Shown: one piece after another, positions 47,844 to 58,329 of the stretch
Layout: every line of letters begins with the position of its first letter
Position numbering within the stretch: the stretch's first letter is position 1
Assembly: GCA_034003985.1 (NCBI GenBank)
Contig: JAVEXP010000003.1
Location: 58,643 to 122,642 of the forward strand
From: Patescibacteria group bacterium
Lineage (GTDB): Bacteria > Patescibacteriota > Patescibacteriia > Buchananbacterales > UBA6539
Direction: 5' to 3'
DNA: 64,000 bases
Position numbers and translations under genes: made by a program
The notes under the pieces: model-generated
Told to the model about the DNA's origin: nothing
Databases searched by the model: none
Seen by the model: only the letters and a program-made list of their open reading frames with translations

Positions 47844-50378
47844 ATGTCATTTGGGCAATACACAACAGCCAGCCAGGCCGAGTTATTCAAAATATTGGAC
47901 ACTAAACCAGGCGGCCTGACCGAAATGGAAGTCGCCAGGCGCCATAAAAAAAACGGCCTCAACACCATTGAGTCGGAAAAAGTCAGTTGGTTTATCATTT
48001 TGGCCAGGCAATTCAAATCATCCTTCATCTATTTATTGGCGCTGGCTGGGGCCACTTCTTTTTTATTGAATCAAGCCACGGAAGGAATAATGATTATCAT
48101 TTTTGTAGGCATTAATGTCGCTTTAGGATTTTGCCAAGAATATAAATCGGAAAAAAATTTAAAAATCCTTAAAAACTGCGCGGCCCAAGAAAGCAAGGTA
48201 ATTCGCAACAGCAAAGAAAAAATAGTTGATACCAGACAATTAGCAGTCGGCGACATCATCACTTTTGAAACCGGCGACTTGATCGGCGCTGATGCCAGAA
48301 TTTTAGAAGCAACCAGTCTGACAATTGACGAATCGGCGCTAAGCGGTGAATCAAATCCAGTGGCAAAGCAAGCCGAGGTCTTAAAGCATGAAGTGGCCGA
48401 AATTTATCAAGCTAAAAATATCACCTTTGCCGGAACCACGGTTACTACCGGCAGCGGGTGCGGAGTAGTGATTGCCAGCGGGAAGCAGATGCAGTTTGGC
48501 CGGATTTCAAGCCTGACGGTTAAAACCAAGCGCCAAAGCGCATTTCAAAACAATATCAACAAAATCAGCAGTTTTATTCTCAAGCTGATTATCACAACCC
48601 TAATAGTTGTTTTTATCGCCAACCTGGCAATTAAAGGTGAACAGGCCAATATCGGCGAATTGTTAATTTTTGCCATCGCCCTGGCAGTCAGCGTGGTACC
48701 GGAAGCGCTGCCGGTGGTAACCACTTTTTCGTTTACCCGCGGGGCGGTAAAGTTGGCCAAAAAGAAGGTAGTGGTCAAACGCTTGTCGGCAATTGAAGAT
48801 TTGGGCGGTATTGAAGTATTGTGTACAGACAAAACCGGCACCCTGACTGAAAATAAAATGCGGGTGGCCGAAATCTACGGTTCCGACCAAAGCCAAACGG
48901 TTTGGTATGCCACCTTGGCCAACGATTCACTAAAAGGCGGCAAGCAAATTTCGGCTAATGCTTTTGATTTAGCTTTGGAAAACAGCTTAACCGCCACCCA
49001 GACAAAAAATTTAGCCCGGGCAAAAAAAATCGCCAAACTGCCGTTTGATCCGGACAGACGGCGCAACAGCGCTTTGGTTAAAATTAATAATCGCCGTTTA
49101 CTTATTGTTCGAGGAGCGCCCGAAGCGATAATTGAACATTGTCGACTAACCAGAACCAATCGAACGGCAATTAATCGCTGGGTCAAGCAGCAAGGCCAAT
49201 TGGGCCGGCGAATTTTAACGGTAGCACTCAATCCCCGCCTCGTCAAAGACGAATATGCCGCCCCAGCAGAAACTCAAAACTTGGAACTGATTGGCGCAAT
49301 TTCATTCATTGACCCGATCAAACCAACGGCCAAAAAAGCGGTAAGCCAAGCCGAGGAACTGGGCGTTGATGTTAAAATTTTAACCGGTGATTCCCGAGAG
49401 GTGGCCACCGATGTCGCTTTGCAAGTCGGCTTAATAACCAACCAAAGTCAAGTAATCACCGGCGAAGAGCTGGAAAAAATGAATCCAGCCCAAGTGAAAA
49501 AGACCATTATGAATTATGAGGTGTTCGCCCGAGTCTCGCCAGAACAAAAATACCGAATTATTCAGCTAATGCAGGAACAAAAGCAGGTAGGATTTTTAGG
49601 TGAAGGAATCAATGACGCGCCAGCCCTAAAAATTGCCAATGTTGCTATTGCTGTTGTCGGCGCCGCTGACATCGCCAAAGAAGCCGCCGACATTATCCTG
49701 CTCCAAAAAAATTTGAATATTATCATCGAAGGCATCAGCGAAGGCCGAAAAATATTTTCCAACACCATCAAATACATCAAATCGACACTAGCTTCCAACT
49801 TTGGAAACTTTTTTGCCGTCGCCTCGGCCTCGCTGCTGATCGATTTTTTACCAATGCTGCCGCTGCAAATTCTACTGCTGAACCTGCTCTCTGATTTCCC
49901 AATGATTGCTGTCGCCGCCGACAATGTTGATCCCGAAGAACTAAAACAGCCTGGTGGTTACAACATCAAAGACATCGCTTTACTGGCGCTGGTTTTGGGA
50001 ATGGTCAGCACAATTTTTGATTTTTTGTTTTTCGGTTTATTTTACAAAATCTCCCCGACCGTGCTACAAACCAACTGGTTTATCGGCAGCATTCTGACTG
50101 AATTGGTGCTAATATTTTCCATCCGCAGCAAAAAGAAATTTTATTCGGCCACTCGACCATCAAAAATTTTATTCTGGCTTACTTTCGTTACGATCATCAT
50201 TACCGTGGCTTTACCCTTCACCACTTTCGCCCAAAAAATATTCAAATTTACTGCCCCCAACATTTTCCATCTTTTGATGATTGCCGTCATCGTCTTAGTC
50301 TACTTCCTAATCAATGAAAAAATTAAAACCTACTATTTTCGGCTAACCAATAACCGGGCCAACCAGCAAACCATATGA
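47844..50378 (+). CDS. Cation-translocating P-type ATPase, MgtA-like
   Basis: Motifs PEALP, CTDKTGTLT, PFD..RR, DP.K, TGD, FAR.SPEQK, SNFGN, PMLP.QIL..NL..D, QT.WF..S. Confidence 0.88.
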   Translation: MSFGQYTTASQAELFKILDTKPGGLTEMEVARRHKKNGLNTIESEKVSWFIILARQFKSSFIYLLALAGATSFLLNQATEGIMIIIFVGINVALGFCQEYKSEKNLKILKNCAAQESKVIRNSKEKIVDTRQLAVGDIITFETGDLIGADARILEATSLTIDESALSGESNPVAKQAEVLKHEVAEIYQAKNITFAGTTVTTGSGCGVVIASGKQMQFGRISSLTVKTKRQSAFQNNINKISSFILKLIITTLIVVFIANLAIKGEQANIGELLIFAIALAVSVVPEALPVVTTFSFTRGAVKLAKKKVVVKRLSAIEDLGGIEVLCTDKTGTLTENKMRVAEIYGSDQSQTVWYATLANDSLKGGKQISANAFDLALENSLTATQTKNLARAKKIAKLPFDPDRRRNSALVKINNRRLLIVRGAPEAIIEHCRLTRTNRTAINRWVKQQGQLGRRILTVALNPRLVKDEYAAPAETQNLELIGAISFIDPIKPTAKKAVSQAEELGVDVKILTGDSREVATDVALQVGLITNQSQVITGEELEKMNPAQVKKTIMNYEVFARVSPEQKYRIIQLMQEQKQVGFLGEGINDAPALKIANVAIAVVGAADIAKEAADIILLQKNLNIIIEGISEGRKIFSNTIKYIKSTLASNFGNFFAVASASLLIDFLPMLPLQILLLNLLSDFPMIAVAADNVDPEELKQPGGYNIKDIALLALVLGMVSTIFDFLFFGLFYKISPTVLQTNWFIGSILTELVLIFSIRSKKKFYSATRPSKILFWLTFVTIIITVALPFTTFAQKIFKFTAPNIFHLLMIAVIVLVYFLINEKIKTYYFRLTNNRANQQTI

Positions 50379-50824
50379 AAAAAATCGGATTATTAACCAG
50401 CGGCGTTGTCCTAATCATTGTTATCAGCGGTTTGATCTTGACAATTAAGCCCTCAATCGCCCCGACAATGCCAACTAACCAACCGCCAAACCCAACGGCC
50501 AACGACTTAATTGAAGTTAACCAACCAAAGCCCAATACTGCCATAACATCACCCTACCGGGTTGACGGGCAAGCACGGGGGCATTGGTTTTTTGAAGCAA
50601 CATTCCCAATCATCTTAACGGACAACCAAGGAAACATCTTGGCCAGCAGTTATGCTACTGCCCAAGATGACTGGATGACAACCGAGTTTGTCCCTTTCAG
50701 TGGTGAAATAATTTTTACCAAACCAACCAGCACTACTCAAGGTCAGTTGATATTTAAAAAAGATAATCCATCGGGCTTAAGCGAATACGACGAACAAATT
50801 GCCATCCCGATTACTTTTGAATAA
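50375..50824 (+). CDS. Gmad2-like immunoglobulin-domain protein
   Basis: Motifs SP..V.G.ARG.WFFEA.FP, WMT..FVPF, KDNPSG. Confidence 0.8.
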   Translation: MKKIGLLTSGVVLIIVISGLILTIKPSIAPTMPTNQPPNPTANDLIEVNQPKPNTAITSPYRVDGQARGHWFFEATFPIILTDNQGNILASSYATAQDDWMTTEFVPFSGEIIFTKPTSTTQGQLIFKKDNPSGLSEYDEQIAIPITFE

Positions 50825-50873
50825 ATCAAAAAGCCGCTCGATCATGATGAATGCGTAACGGCTTTTTTAATTA

Positions 50874-51881
50874 TTAGTCCCACTGCAAATTGCCAGAGGT
50901 TTGATATTCGTTAACCCTGGTTTCAAAAAAATTCTTTTCTTTGCGAGCGTCAATAATTTCACTCATCCAAGGAAATGGATTAGCTGTATTATAAACTTTT
51001 GCCAAACCAATGCGCTCCAACCGCCGATCAGCGATATATTTAAGATAGTCTTCAACAATATCGGCGCGCAATCCCAAAATGCCCTTGGGCAAAGCATCGT
51101 AAGCATACTTAGTTTCCAAAGCGACTGCCTTAACAATATTATCCTTGATGTTCTGCTGGAATTCCGCCGTCCAAATATCGGGATTTTCGTTGACAATCGT
51201 ATTGATTAAATCGGTGCCAAAAGCCAGATGAACCGATTCATCACGCAGAATAAACTGGAATTGCTCACCAACGCCGATCATTTTATTATGGCGCAATAAA
51301 GAAAGCATCATCGCAAAACCGGCGTAAAAAAAGATGCCCTCCATAATGACATAAAACCCAACCAAATCATGGACAAACCGTTGAATATTGGCCACCCCGA
51401 CGGTGTTAAAATTCGGATCCAGTACGGATTTGGTCATATCAACCACAAAATCGTCCTTTTCTTTGATGCTGGGAATTTTTTCGTACATCGTATAAATTTC
51501 GTCCGGATCGAGACCTAAAGAATCACAACAATAAATAAAAGTATCGGTATGAACTGCCTCTTCGTAAGCCTGGCGCAACATATACTGGCGGCATTCGGGA
51601 TTGGTGACATGACGATAAATCGCCAAAACAATATTATTGGCGGTTAAACTTTCAGCGGTGGAAAAAAATCCCAAATTCCATAAAATCATTCGTCGCTCAT
51701 CGGCCGTTAAGGCTTTAGGGCCCTGGCGTTTCCACAATTCAATATCATCCTGCATTGGAACTTCTTCGGGGACCCAGTTATTGGCCACCCCGTTTTTGTA
51801 ATGCAATCGCGCCCAGGGATACTTCAAAGGTAAAATTTTATTGGGATCGGTGGTTGAGTTGTTAATTATTCCTACAGGCAT
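50874..51881 (-). CDS. nrdB: Ribonucleotide reductase beta subunit, class Ic (R2c)-like
   Basis: Motifs FFSTAESL, EEAVHTDTF, MEGIFFY.GF, RDESVH, EKNFFE.RV.EY. Confidence 0.93.
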   Translation of the reverse strand: MPVGIINNSTTDPNKILPLKYPWARLHYKNGVANNWVPEEVPMQDDIELWKRQGPKALTADERRMILWNLGFFSTAESLTANNIVLAIYRHVTNPECRQYMLRQAYEEAVHTDTFIYCCDSLGLDPDEIYTMYEKIPSIKEKDDFVVDMTKSVLDPNFNTVGVANIQRFVHDLVGFYVIMEGIFFYAGFAMMLSLLRHNKMIGVGEQFQFILRDESVHLAFGTDLINTIVNENPDIWTAEFQQNIKDNIVKAVALETKYAYDALPKGILGLRADIVEDYLKYIADRRLERIGLAKVYNTANPFPWMSEIIDARKEKNFFETRVNEYQTSGNLQWD

Positions 51882-51892
51882 AAAATTGATAA

Positions 51893-54706
51893 TTATTGAC
51901 AAGATTCACAAGTTGGATCGTCGATTTTACAAAGCAATAAATTGTTGTTGGCAACCTCGGCAGGGCTGGCCGAAGCCAGAACCACTGGTTCAACCGAAGG
52001 CCTGATGGTTAGATCTTCGGCCTGATGAGCAATATTGGACATACTTTTTTGTTTATCTAAATCCAAAGCGCTTTGCTCCACAGCAGTAGCCCCCAAGGTT
52101 CGCAAATAATAAGTAGTTTTCAACCCCAGCCGCCAAGCCAGCTGATACATATCGGCAATCTTCTTGCCAGAATTACCCTTAAAAAACAAGTTCAATGACT
52201 GACTTTGATCAATCCACTTGCCGCGATAAGCGGCGGCTTGAATTAACCAATCAGCTTCAATTTCAAAAACTTCTTTATATTTGTCCTGCAAAACTTCGGG
52301 GATTTGTTTAAGGTCGCCAATACTGCCCTCGTGACCCTTAATCATCGCCAAAATTTCTTCGTTCCATAATTGTCGTTTTTTAAGATCAGCAACCAAATAA
52401 GGATTAACAATAATAAACTCACCGCTCATGTTGGATTTGACATAAACATTCTTATAGATTGGTTCAATGCTGGGAAAACACCCGGCGATATTGGCGATCG
52501 TCGCCGTCGGGGCAATAGCCATACAGTTGGAATTACGCATGCCATATTTGGCAACAGCCTGGCGAACCGGTTGCCAGTCCAGTTTGCCCTGACGCTTGAC
52601 TTCAATTGTTTCACCCCGTTCTTGTTCCAATAAATCGAGGGTATCAACCGGAAATATCCCCCGATCCCATTTGGAACCGCGGTAGCTTTGGTAAGCCCCC
52701 CGCTCTTGAGCCAATTGGCTGGAAGCTAAAATAGCATAGTAAGAAATAACTTCCTGGGAATAGTCAGCAAAATCGATACATTCAGGCGAGCTGAAATTAA
52801 TGTCCAACAAATACAAAGCGTCTTGAAAACCCATCAGCCCCAGGCCTACTGGCCGATGGCGCAAATTGGAATTTTTACCCTCAACAGTCGGATAAAAATT
52901 GATATCAATAACATTATCCAACATTCTCATGGCGGTAGTGACGGTATCTTTCAATAACTCAATATCAAGCTGTTTGTTTTTAAGGTGTCGCGCCAAATTA
53001 ACGGAACCAAGATTACAGACTGCTGTTTCATCAGCCGTAGTATTCAAAGTAATCTCAGTACAGAGGTTGGAACTATGAACCACTCCCACATGATCCTGCG
53101 GTGACCGAATATTAGATGGATCTTTCCAGGTCATCCAGGGATGACCGGTTTCAAACAACATCATAATCATCTTCTTCCAAAGCTCGCGGGCTTTGATTTT
53201 TTGGAACAAGCGTAATTTACCCTGGCTGGCCAAGGTTTCGTAATGCGTGTAGCGAGAAACAAAATTACGACCGTAAGCATGGTGCAAATCAGAGGTTTCC
53301 TCGGGCGAAAACAAAATCCAGTCCTGATCAGCCATCACCCGCTGCATAAATAAATCAGGGATCCAGGCGGCAGTATTCATGTCGTGAGTGCGCCGCCGCT
53401 CATCGCCGGTGTTCTTGCGCAGTTCCAAAAAATCGGGAAAATCACAATGCCACGCTTCCAAGTAGGCGCAAGTCGCGCCACGCCGACGGCCGGATCGATT
53501 TATGGCGACAGTGGTATCATTGGCAATCTTTAAGAATGGAATTACACCCTGGCTTTCAACGCCCGTCCCTTTAATCAAAGCACCGGTAGCGCGCAGATTG
53601 GTCCAGTCGTTAGCCACTCCGCCAGACCATTTCGACATTTGGGCGTTATCGCCAACACACTTAAAGATGTGGTCCAACGAATCCTCAACCGTTGTCAGAT
53701 AACAAGAACTGAGTTGCGGCTGGTTGGTACCGGCATGAAACAAGGTTGGGGTTGAAGGAACAAAACGCAAGGAAGAAATTAAATCATAGAACTGCAAGGC
53801 CCGAGCTTCGGCCTCGTCTTCATTAACCGCCAAACCCATGGCCACCCGCAGCCAAAAAGCCTGAGGCGTTTCCAAAATGCTTTTGGTTTTGGGATTGGAA
53901 ATAAAATAACGATCATATAAAGTTTGACCGCCAAGATAAAAAAACAAATCATCACGCTCAAGTTTAAGCTGTCGGCTTAAAGCTTCGAGATTGAAATTAA
54001 GCAAACGCGGATCAAGCCGGCCGATTTGGACTCCCATCTTAAGATTATTGATAAAAGCCTGACGATATTGTTGATCAAGATTTTTATAGTCTAATTTCTG
54101 ACCAATGACCTCGCGATAAAGCGAATCAAACAACAACCGAACGGCAACTCGGGAATAAGCCGGATCGCGCTCAATTAAACTGCGGGCGGCCAGCACTCTG
54201 GCTTTGGCGATTTCAGCAGTCTTAATGCCATCAAACAAATTGGCCTCGGTCTGTTTAACCATTAAATCAATATCAACTTCGGATTCGAAGCCCTTGACTA
54301 CCCAGCCAAAAGAGTTCTTAAGTTTTTTTAGGGAAAATTTTTCCTTTTGGCCGGAGCGCTTAACAACCGTCAGATCGCTTCGTTCAATCTTTTCCTGAAG
54401 ATCCTGACGCTGCTGATCTCTGACCTTAGAATGCTCATAACGATAAATAATATAACTTCTGGCAACCTCAAAAAAACCACTGGCCATCAGTTTTTTCTCG
54501 ACAATATTTTGGACATCCTCAACCCCGGGCATAGCATCAACAAACCGATTAGCCAATTCCAAAACCGCATCGTCAACGATTATTTCAAGTTGTTCTTCGG
54601 TAACATCTTGCCCAAGGGCAGCAAAGGCTTGGCGCAAGGCATTAACAATTTTTTTAGAATCAAAATCAACAATCCGGCCATCACGCTTTTTGATTTGAGC
54701 AATCAT
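51893..54706 (-). CDS. nrdA: Ribonucleotide reductase alpha subunit with two ATP cones
   Basis: KKRDG and VKRSG cones, PSTPTLFH, LSSCY, SSNLCTEI, VCNLGS, APTATI, KTTYY, C-terminal CESCQ. Confidence 0.96.
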   Translation of the reverse strand: MIAQIKKRDGRIVDFDSKKIVNALRQAFAALGQDVTEEQLEIIVDDAVLELANRFVDAMPGVEDVQNIVEKKLMASGFFEVARSYIIYRYEHSKVRDQQRQDLQEKIERSDLTVVKRSGQKEKFSLKKLKNSFGWVVKGFESEVDIDLMVKQTEANLFDGIKTAEIAKARVLAARSLIERDPAYSRVAVRLLFDSLYREVIGQKLDYKNLDQQYRQAFINNLKMGVQIGRLDPRLLNFNLEALSRQLKLERDDLFFYLGGQTLYDRYFISNPKTKSILETPQAFWLRVAMGLAVNEDEAEARALQFYDLISSLRFVPSTPTLFHAGTNQPQLSSCYLTTVEDSLDHIFKCVGDNAQMSKWSGGVANDWTNLRATGALIKGTGVESQGVIPFLKIANDTTVAINRSGRRRGATCAYLEAWHCDFPDFLELRKNTGDERRRTHDMNTAAWIPDLFMQRVMADQDWILFSPEETSDLHHAYGRNFVSRYTHYETLASQGKLRLFQKIKARELWKKMIMMLFETGHPWMTWKDPSNIRSPQDHVGVVHSSNLCTEITLNTTADETAVCNLGSVNLARHLKNKQLDIELLKDTVTTAMRMLDNVIDINFYPTVEGKNSNLRHRPVGLGLMGFQDALYLLDINFSSPECIDFADYSQEVISYYAILASSQLAQERGAYQSYRGSKWDRGIFPVDTLDLLEQERGETIEVKRQGKLDWQPVRQAVAKYGMRNSNCMAIAPTATIANIAGCFPSIEPIYKNVYVKSNMSGEFIIVNPYLVADLKKRQLWNEEILAMIKGHEGSIGDLKQIPEVLQDKYKEVFEIEADWLIQAAAYRGKWIDQSQSLNLFFKGNSGKKIADMYQLAWRLGLKTTYYLRTLGATAVEQSALDLDKQKSMSNIAHQAEDLTIRPSVEPVVLASASPAEVANNNLLLCKIDDPTCESCQ

Positions 54707-54982
54707 ATAATTTAACCTCCTTAAAAATTTAATTACAAGCTTAGGCTGACAAAAAAATAAGACAGGAAACCTAGGCCATCTTATTTTAAACCAGTACCGG
54801 CCAAAATCATTCCGGCGGGTTTGTTAATTATATAAAATATTTTTCAATAAGACAAACACCTAGTAAAATACTAGGAAATTGTTAAAAATGGCAAAGTAAT
54901 CCACAACTCAAGCATTGGATCAAAAAACCCGCCGGTTTGGCCGGCGGGCTGGAAATCATAATGACCGAAGAGAAAATTGCGA

Positions 54983-55468
54983 TTATTCAACAATCAGCTT
55001 GCCAATCATACCCATTTGGCGATGCTGCCCAACGCTACAATAATATTCAAAAGTACCAGCCTGATCAGCAATAAACTCAACCGATGATGAATCACCAGTC
55101 ATTACCTGTTTGGTGGCAGCCCCAAATTCATCGACCACCCAATCATGGAATCCGTCGGTACTAGTAAAATTAATAACCACACGATCTCCCTTTTTCACTG
55201 TGATTTCAGTCTGGGAAAAGGCAAAATTGGTACCGCTGATATTAAAAACTTTAGCCTCATTAGCAGTCGGTTCATCAAGCTGGTCGACCATCTGATCTTC
55301 TGTGATTGAATTATTCACTTCATCAATCATCATTACGCCACGACCCTGATCGTCGGCCAGGGTTTCACTAATATCCGCATCGCTTTGGATAGTAATGTCG
55401 GAAATACTACAACCAGCAACCAGCCCCGATAATCCGATGATGGCTGCCAATAAAAAATATGTCTTCAT
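54983..55468 (-). CDS. Cupredoxin-domain lipoprotein
   Basis: Lipobox VAGC; HDW; type-1 Cu ligands YYCSVGQHRQMGM. Confidence 0.9.
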   Translation of the reverse strand: MKTYFLLAAIIGLSGLVAGCSISDITIQSDADISETLADDQGRGVMMIDEVNNSITEDQMVDQLDEPTANEAKVFNISGTNFAFSQTEITVKKGDRVVINFTSTDGFHDWVVDEFGAATKQVMTGDSSSVEFIADQAGTFEYYCSVGQHRQMGMIGKLIVE

Positions 55469-55647
55469 ATTTTATTATTTATTATTAAGTAATAATTTAA
55501 TTAATGACGGTTTATACATTTTACCCTATGATGACATAATGTCAAATTATTAAATTCCATTAAACCAAATAGAAAACCAGCCGCTTCGTTTCGCAACGAT
55601 GCGGCTGGCGCAAATTGGTCTGGCCACCAGCCAAGTGTCCACAGTGT

Positions 55648-57132
55648 TCACTTGGTGGGCGGCACGGCCTTATTGGTGTTGAACCACTCATCGTGACTGG
55701 CGCGAAGATCTTGCGTCAGCCCGTCGATGTGGTCCGTTTGGGATCCCCAATTGCTTGGGTACCCAAGCCGGGAGCGAATGCGAGACTGGCGGGTCTCCAA
55801 GCGCCGAGACTGATCGGCACCCAGTTCGACTCGGTCGACCTTGACCAAGCGGCCATCTCGTTCACCCGTGAATTCCAGGTGTTCGAGCGGCAGCTGGATC
55901 TGCTTAGGCGCAACCGCGATCTGCCCGCTAGCCTTGGGGTCGACAACCGACACGAAGGTCAGCCAAACCCCGTCGTTCCAAGACTGTTGATAGGTTCCCG
56001 GGGGCAGGAACCAACCATCGGCTTGGGCCTTGGAAGTTTTGGCCTCTTCCTCGTCGTTGAGGCCGACCCAGTCCTTCCCCTTCTCCCAAAGGCCGAGGGG
56101 AGAAACAATGGACTTGTGAGCCGGTTTGGGATCGGGAATGGTTGGCGCGCTGCCGGGGTTGCGAAGGATGGAATAAACCATTCCAACGACTACGCCAAGC
56201 AGCAAAACAGCCAAGACCAGCCACAATTTTGGCCGGTGGTGAGTTGCCACCGTTCGGCCCTGATCATCCAGATTGACCAGAACCAGAGGTTCAGCGGTGC
56301 CACCAGGGCGATCATCTTCGCCCCAGAACTCTTCGGCGCTGGCACCACCGGTTCCCAACGGCTGGGGACCAAGGTCCGAAGCGTGCCCGAAGGGATCGGC
56401 CAAGGCTTCCTTGTCAGGATCACCTGACTCGCCTCCCCAGACATCATCGAAACGAGGGTGCGGTCCAGAGTCTCGCCCCAGGTCGGAATCAGAAAAGGGT
56501 GGAAGCGATTCAGGGCCATTATCCTGGTGGAGTTCACCATCACTTCCTTCGTCAAAAACCGGCAGCCCCTCTTCATCGGCATGGTCGACATCCTGGTTGG
56601 CATCACCAGGGTCGAGTGTCGGTTCAGGCCACAGAGAATCCGGATCTTCAGCCTCAACAGCTTCTTGTTGGCCTTCGGCTTGTTCCGAATCAGATCCCAA
56701 CCCTGCAAGCAGAGCATCCAAATCCTCTGGCGAAAGCGAAGTCGGTTCAAGGTCATCCTCCTGAGGCGGAGGGCCAGTTTCTTCATCAAGAACCGGCAAA
56801 CCCTCTTCGGCAGGTTCGACATCCTGGTTGGCATCACCAGGGCCGAGCGTCGGTTCGGGCTCGGGTGGTAGTGGGAGCGTGTCCCAAATCAGATAATTTG
56901 CCAGCACCTCGCTGTTGACATACGGCAAATTCTGAAAGGCCACATCTTTTTCCACCTCTTCAAAGACATAGCCCCAACCGTCATCTTGGAGTCCAGCGAC
57001 TTCTGTGGTAAAGATGTCGCCAAACCCCTGAGCAGCCAAGTAAGTTTTGATCTCCTCGTCGGATTTGAAACCGTCGAGAATCTCTCCCTTTCCGGCCGCC
57101 CGAAAAACCTCAATTACTTGTTGAGCCTGCAT
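55648..57132 (-). CDS. GC-rich orphan: long acidic low-complexity region, TM and C-terminal domain
   Basis: Long ORF; duplicated EPTL.PGDANQDV..A.EEGLPV.DE; TM LWLVLAVLLLGVVVGMVY. Confidence 0.75.
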   Translation of the reverse strand: MQAQQVIEVFRAAGKGEILDGFKSDEEIKTYLAAQGFGDIFTTEVAGLQDDGWGYVFEEVEKDVAFQNLPYVNSEVLANYLIWDTLPLPPEPEPTLGPGDANQDVEPAEEGLPVLDEETGPPPQEDDLEPTSLSPEDLDALLAGLGSDSEQAEGQQEAVEAEDPDSLWPEPTLDPGDANQDVDHADEEGLPVFDEGSDGELHQDNGPESLPPFSDSDLGRDSGPHPRFDDVWGGESGDPDKEALADPFGHASDLGPQPLGTGGASAEEFWGEDDRPGGTAEPLVLVNLDDQGRTVATHHRPKLWLVLAVLLLGVVVGMVYSILRNPGSAPTIPDPKPAHKSIVSPLGLWEKGKDWVGLNDEEEAKTSKAQADGWFLPPGTYQQSWNDGVWLTFVSVVDPKASGQIAVAPKQIQLPLEHLEFTGERDGRLVKVDRVELGADQSRRLETRQSRIRSRLGYPSNWGSQTDHIDGLTQDLRASHDEWFNTNKAVPPTK

Positions 57133-57143
57133 GGTTCATCTCC

Positions 57144-58010
57144 TTATTCCGCGGCGCGGATTGTCAGGACAACGACTTGCTTGCTTGGGGCCAAGCCCGA
57201 CAAGCGAAACTGAACAGTGGCACTACCCTTGATGTGGGGTAGTTTTTCGGTTGGGACTTCTCGCCAACCTTCACCATTCAGATTCCAGCTCAGGCCACAG
57301 CTGTCGGCAAAACCCAGACTATACTGAATCTGTTCCCGAATGGCAAACGCCAGCTTGGGCGTTTCCTGTCCGGGTGCCACCTCCACGGCCCACTTTTCCA
57401 GGACTTGCGACTCCTCTTTGGGAACTGCTTCCCAGCGCGGAGCCTGATTCTCGAGAGGTTCGTTACTGACGGCATCACGGGCCAACCAGCACAAGCTCTC
57501 TTCCTTGTAGGGTGGGAGCGCAACCCAACAGTAGGTCGTCAGATCGCCGGGGAATGTCCGCGATGCCCCGGGATAGTAGCGAACTACATCGCCGGGCTTA
57601 GCGATCTTTCCCTCAATCGGATTGTGGCGATCATCATAGACCACCGCGGCCGAGACTACCGCTCGGACCGAGTAATTGGCAATCCGGTCACCAATCTCAC
57701 CCGCGTCCAAGTTGACCCGGCTGACCTCGTGGTCGACCAGAGCGGCTTCGCGGTCCAGTTGGCTGTTGGCCAACTGCTGACGCGAGCCTCGGTAGTGTTC
57801 GACAATGGCACGAGCCTCGGGCGAGGTTGCGGCCAGCTTGTCGAGCTCGTCATTGCGGACTTGCTCAACGCTGGTCTGCTTGCCCCAGCCCGCATAGCTC
57901 TTGTACCAAGGCCAGGCTTTCGGCAAAACCAGAAACGCGCCGATCACCACCGCGATCCAAAATACCGACACCAAGAAATTCCATGTCCGTGCCTTCGCTT
58001 CAACGCTCAT
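57144..58010 (-). CDS. GC-rich orphan: N-terminal TM, coiled coil and SH3-like segment
   Basis: SD GGAGG before the ATG at 58010; promoter TTGACA-17-TAAAAT at 58159-58131. Confidence 0.75.
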   Translation of the reverse strand: MSVEAKARTWNFLVSVFWIAVVIGAFLVLPKAWPWYKSYAGWGKQTSVEQVRNDELDKLAATSPEARAIVEHYRGSRQQLANSQLDREAALVDHEVSRVNLDAGEIGDRIANYSVRAVVSAAVVYDDRHNPIEGKIAKPGDVVRYYPGASRTFPGDLTTYCWVALPPYKEESLCWLARDAVSNEPLENQAPRWEAVPKEESQVLEKWAVEVAPGQETPKLAFAIREQIQYSLGFADSCGLSWNLNGEGWREVPTEKLPHIKGSATVQFRLSGLAPSKQVVVLTIRAAE

Positions 58011-58329
58011 GACGCTTTCCTCCACCGGAAAAGTCCGGTTTGTTTGAAGTTCCGTTCAATACCAAAATATATATTCACAGGTTGTCAAAGACCTGATTAA
58101 TCGCTAATCGCACATTGATTAGGATTATATATTTTATCATATTTTAGATAATTTGTCAATAAATTACTTAAAAAACAAACTAAAAAATAATAATAATTTT
58201 GGCTAAAATTAAATAAATATTAATGATTAAATTTTGATTATTTAAAAAATAGTAAATTTAGCTAAAAAAGAAGGCGGGCATTCGATTGCTCGTTTGCCCG
58301 CCGTGTTAATGGAAGGATGATTGTGAGGG

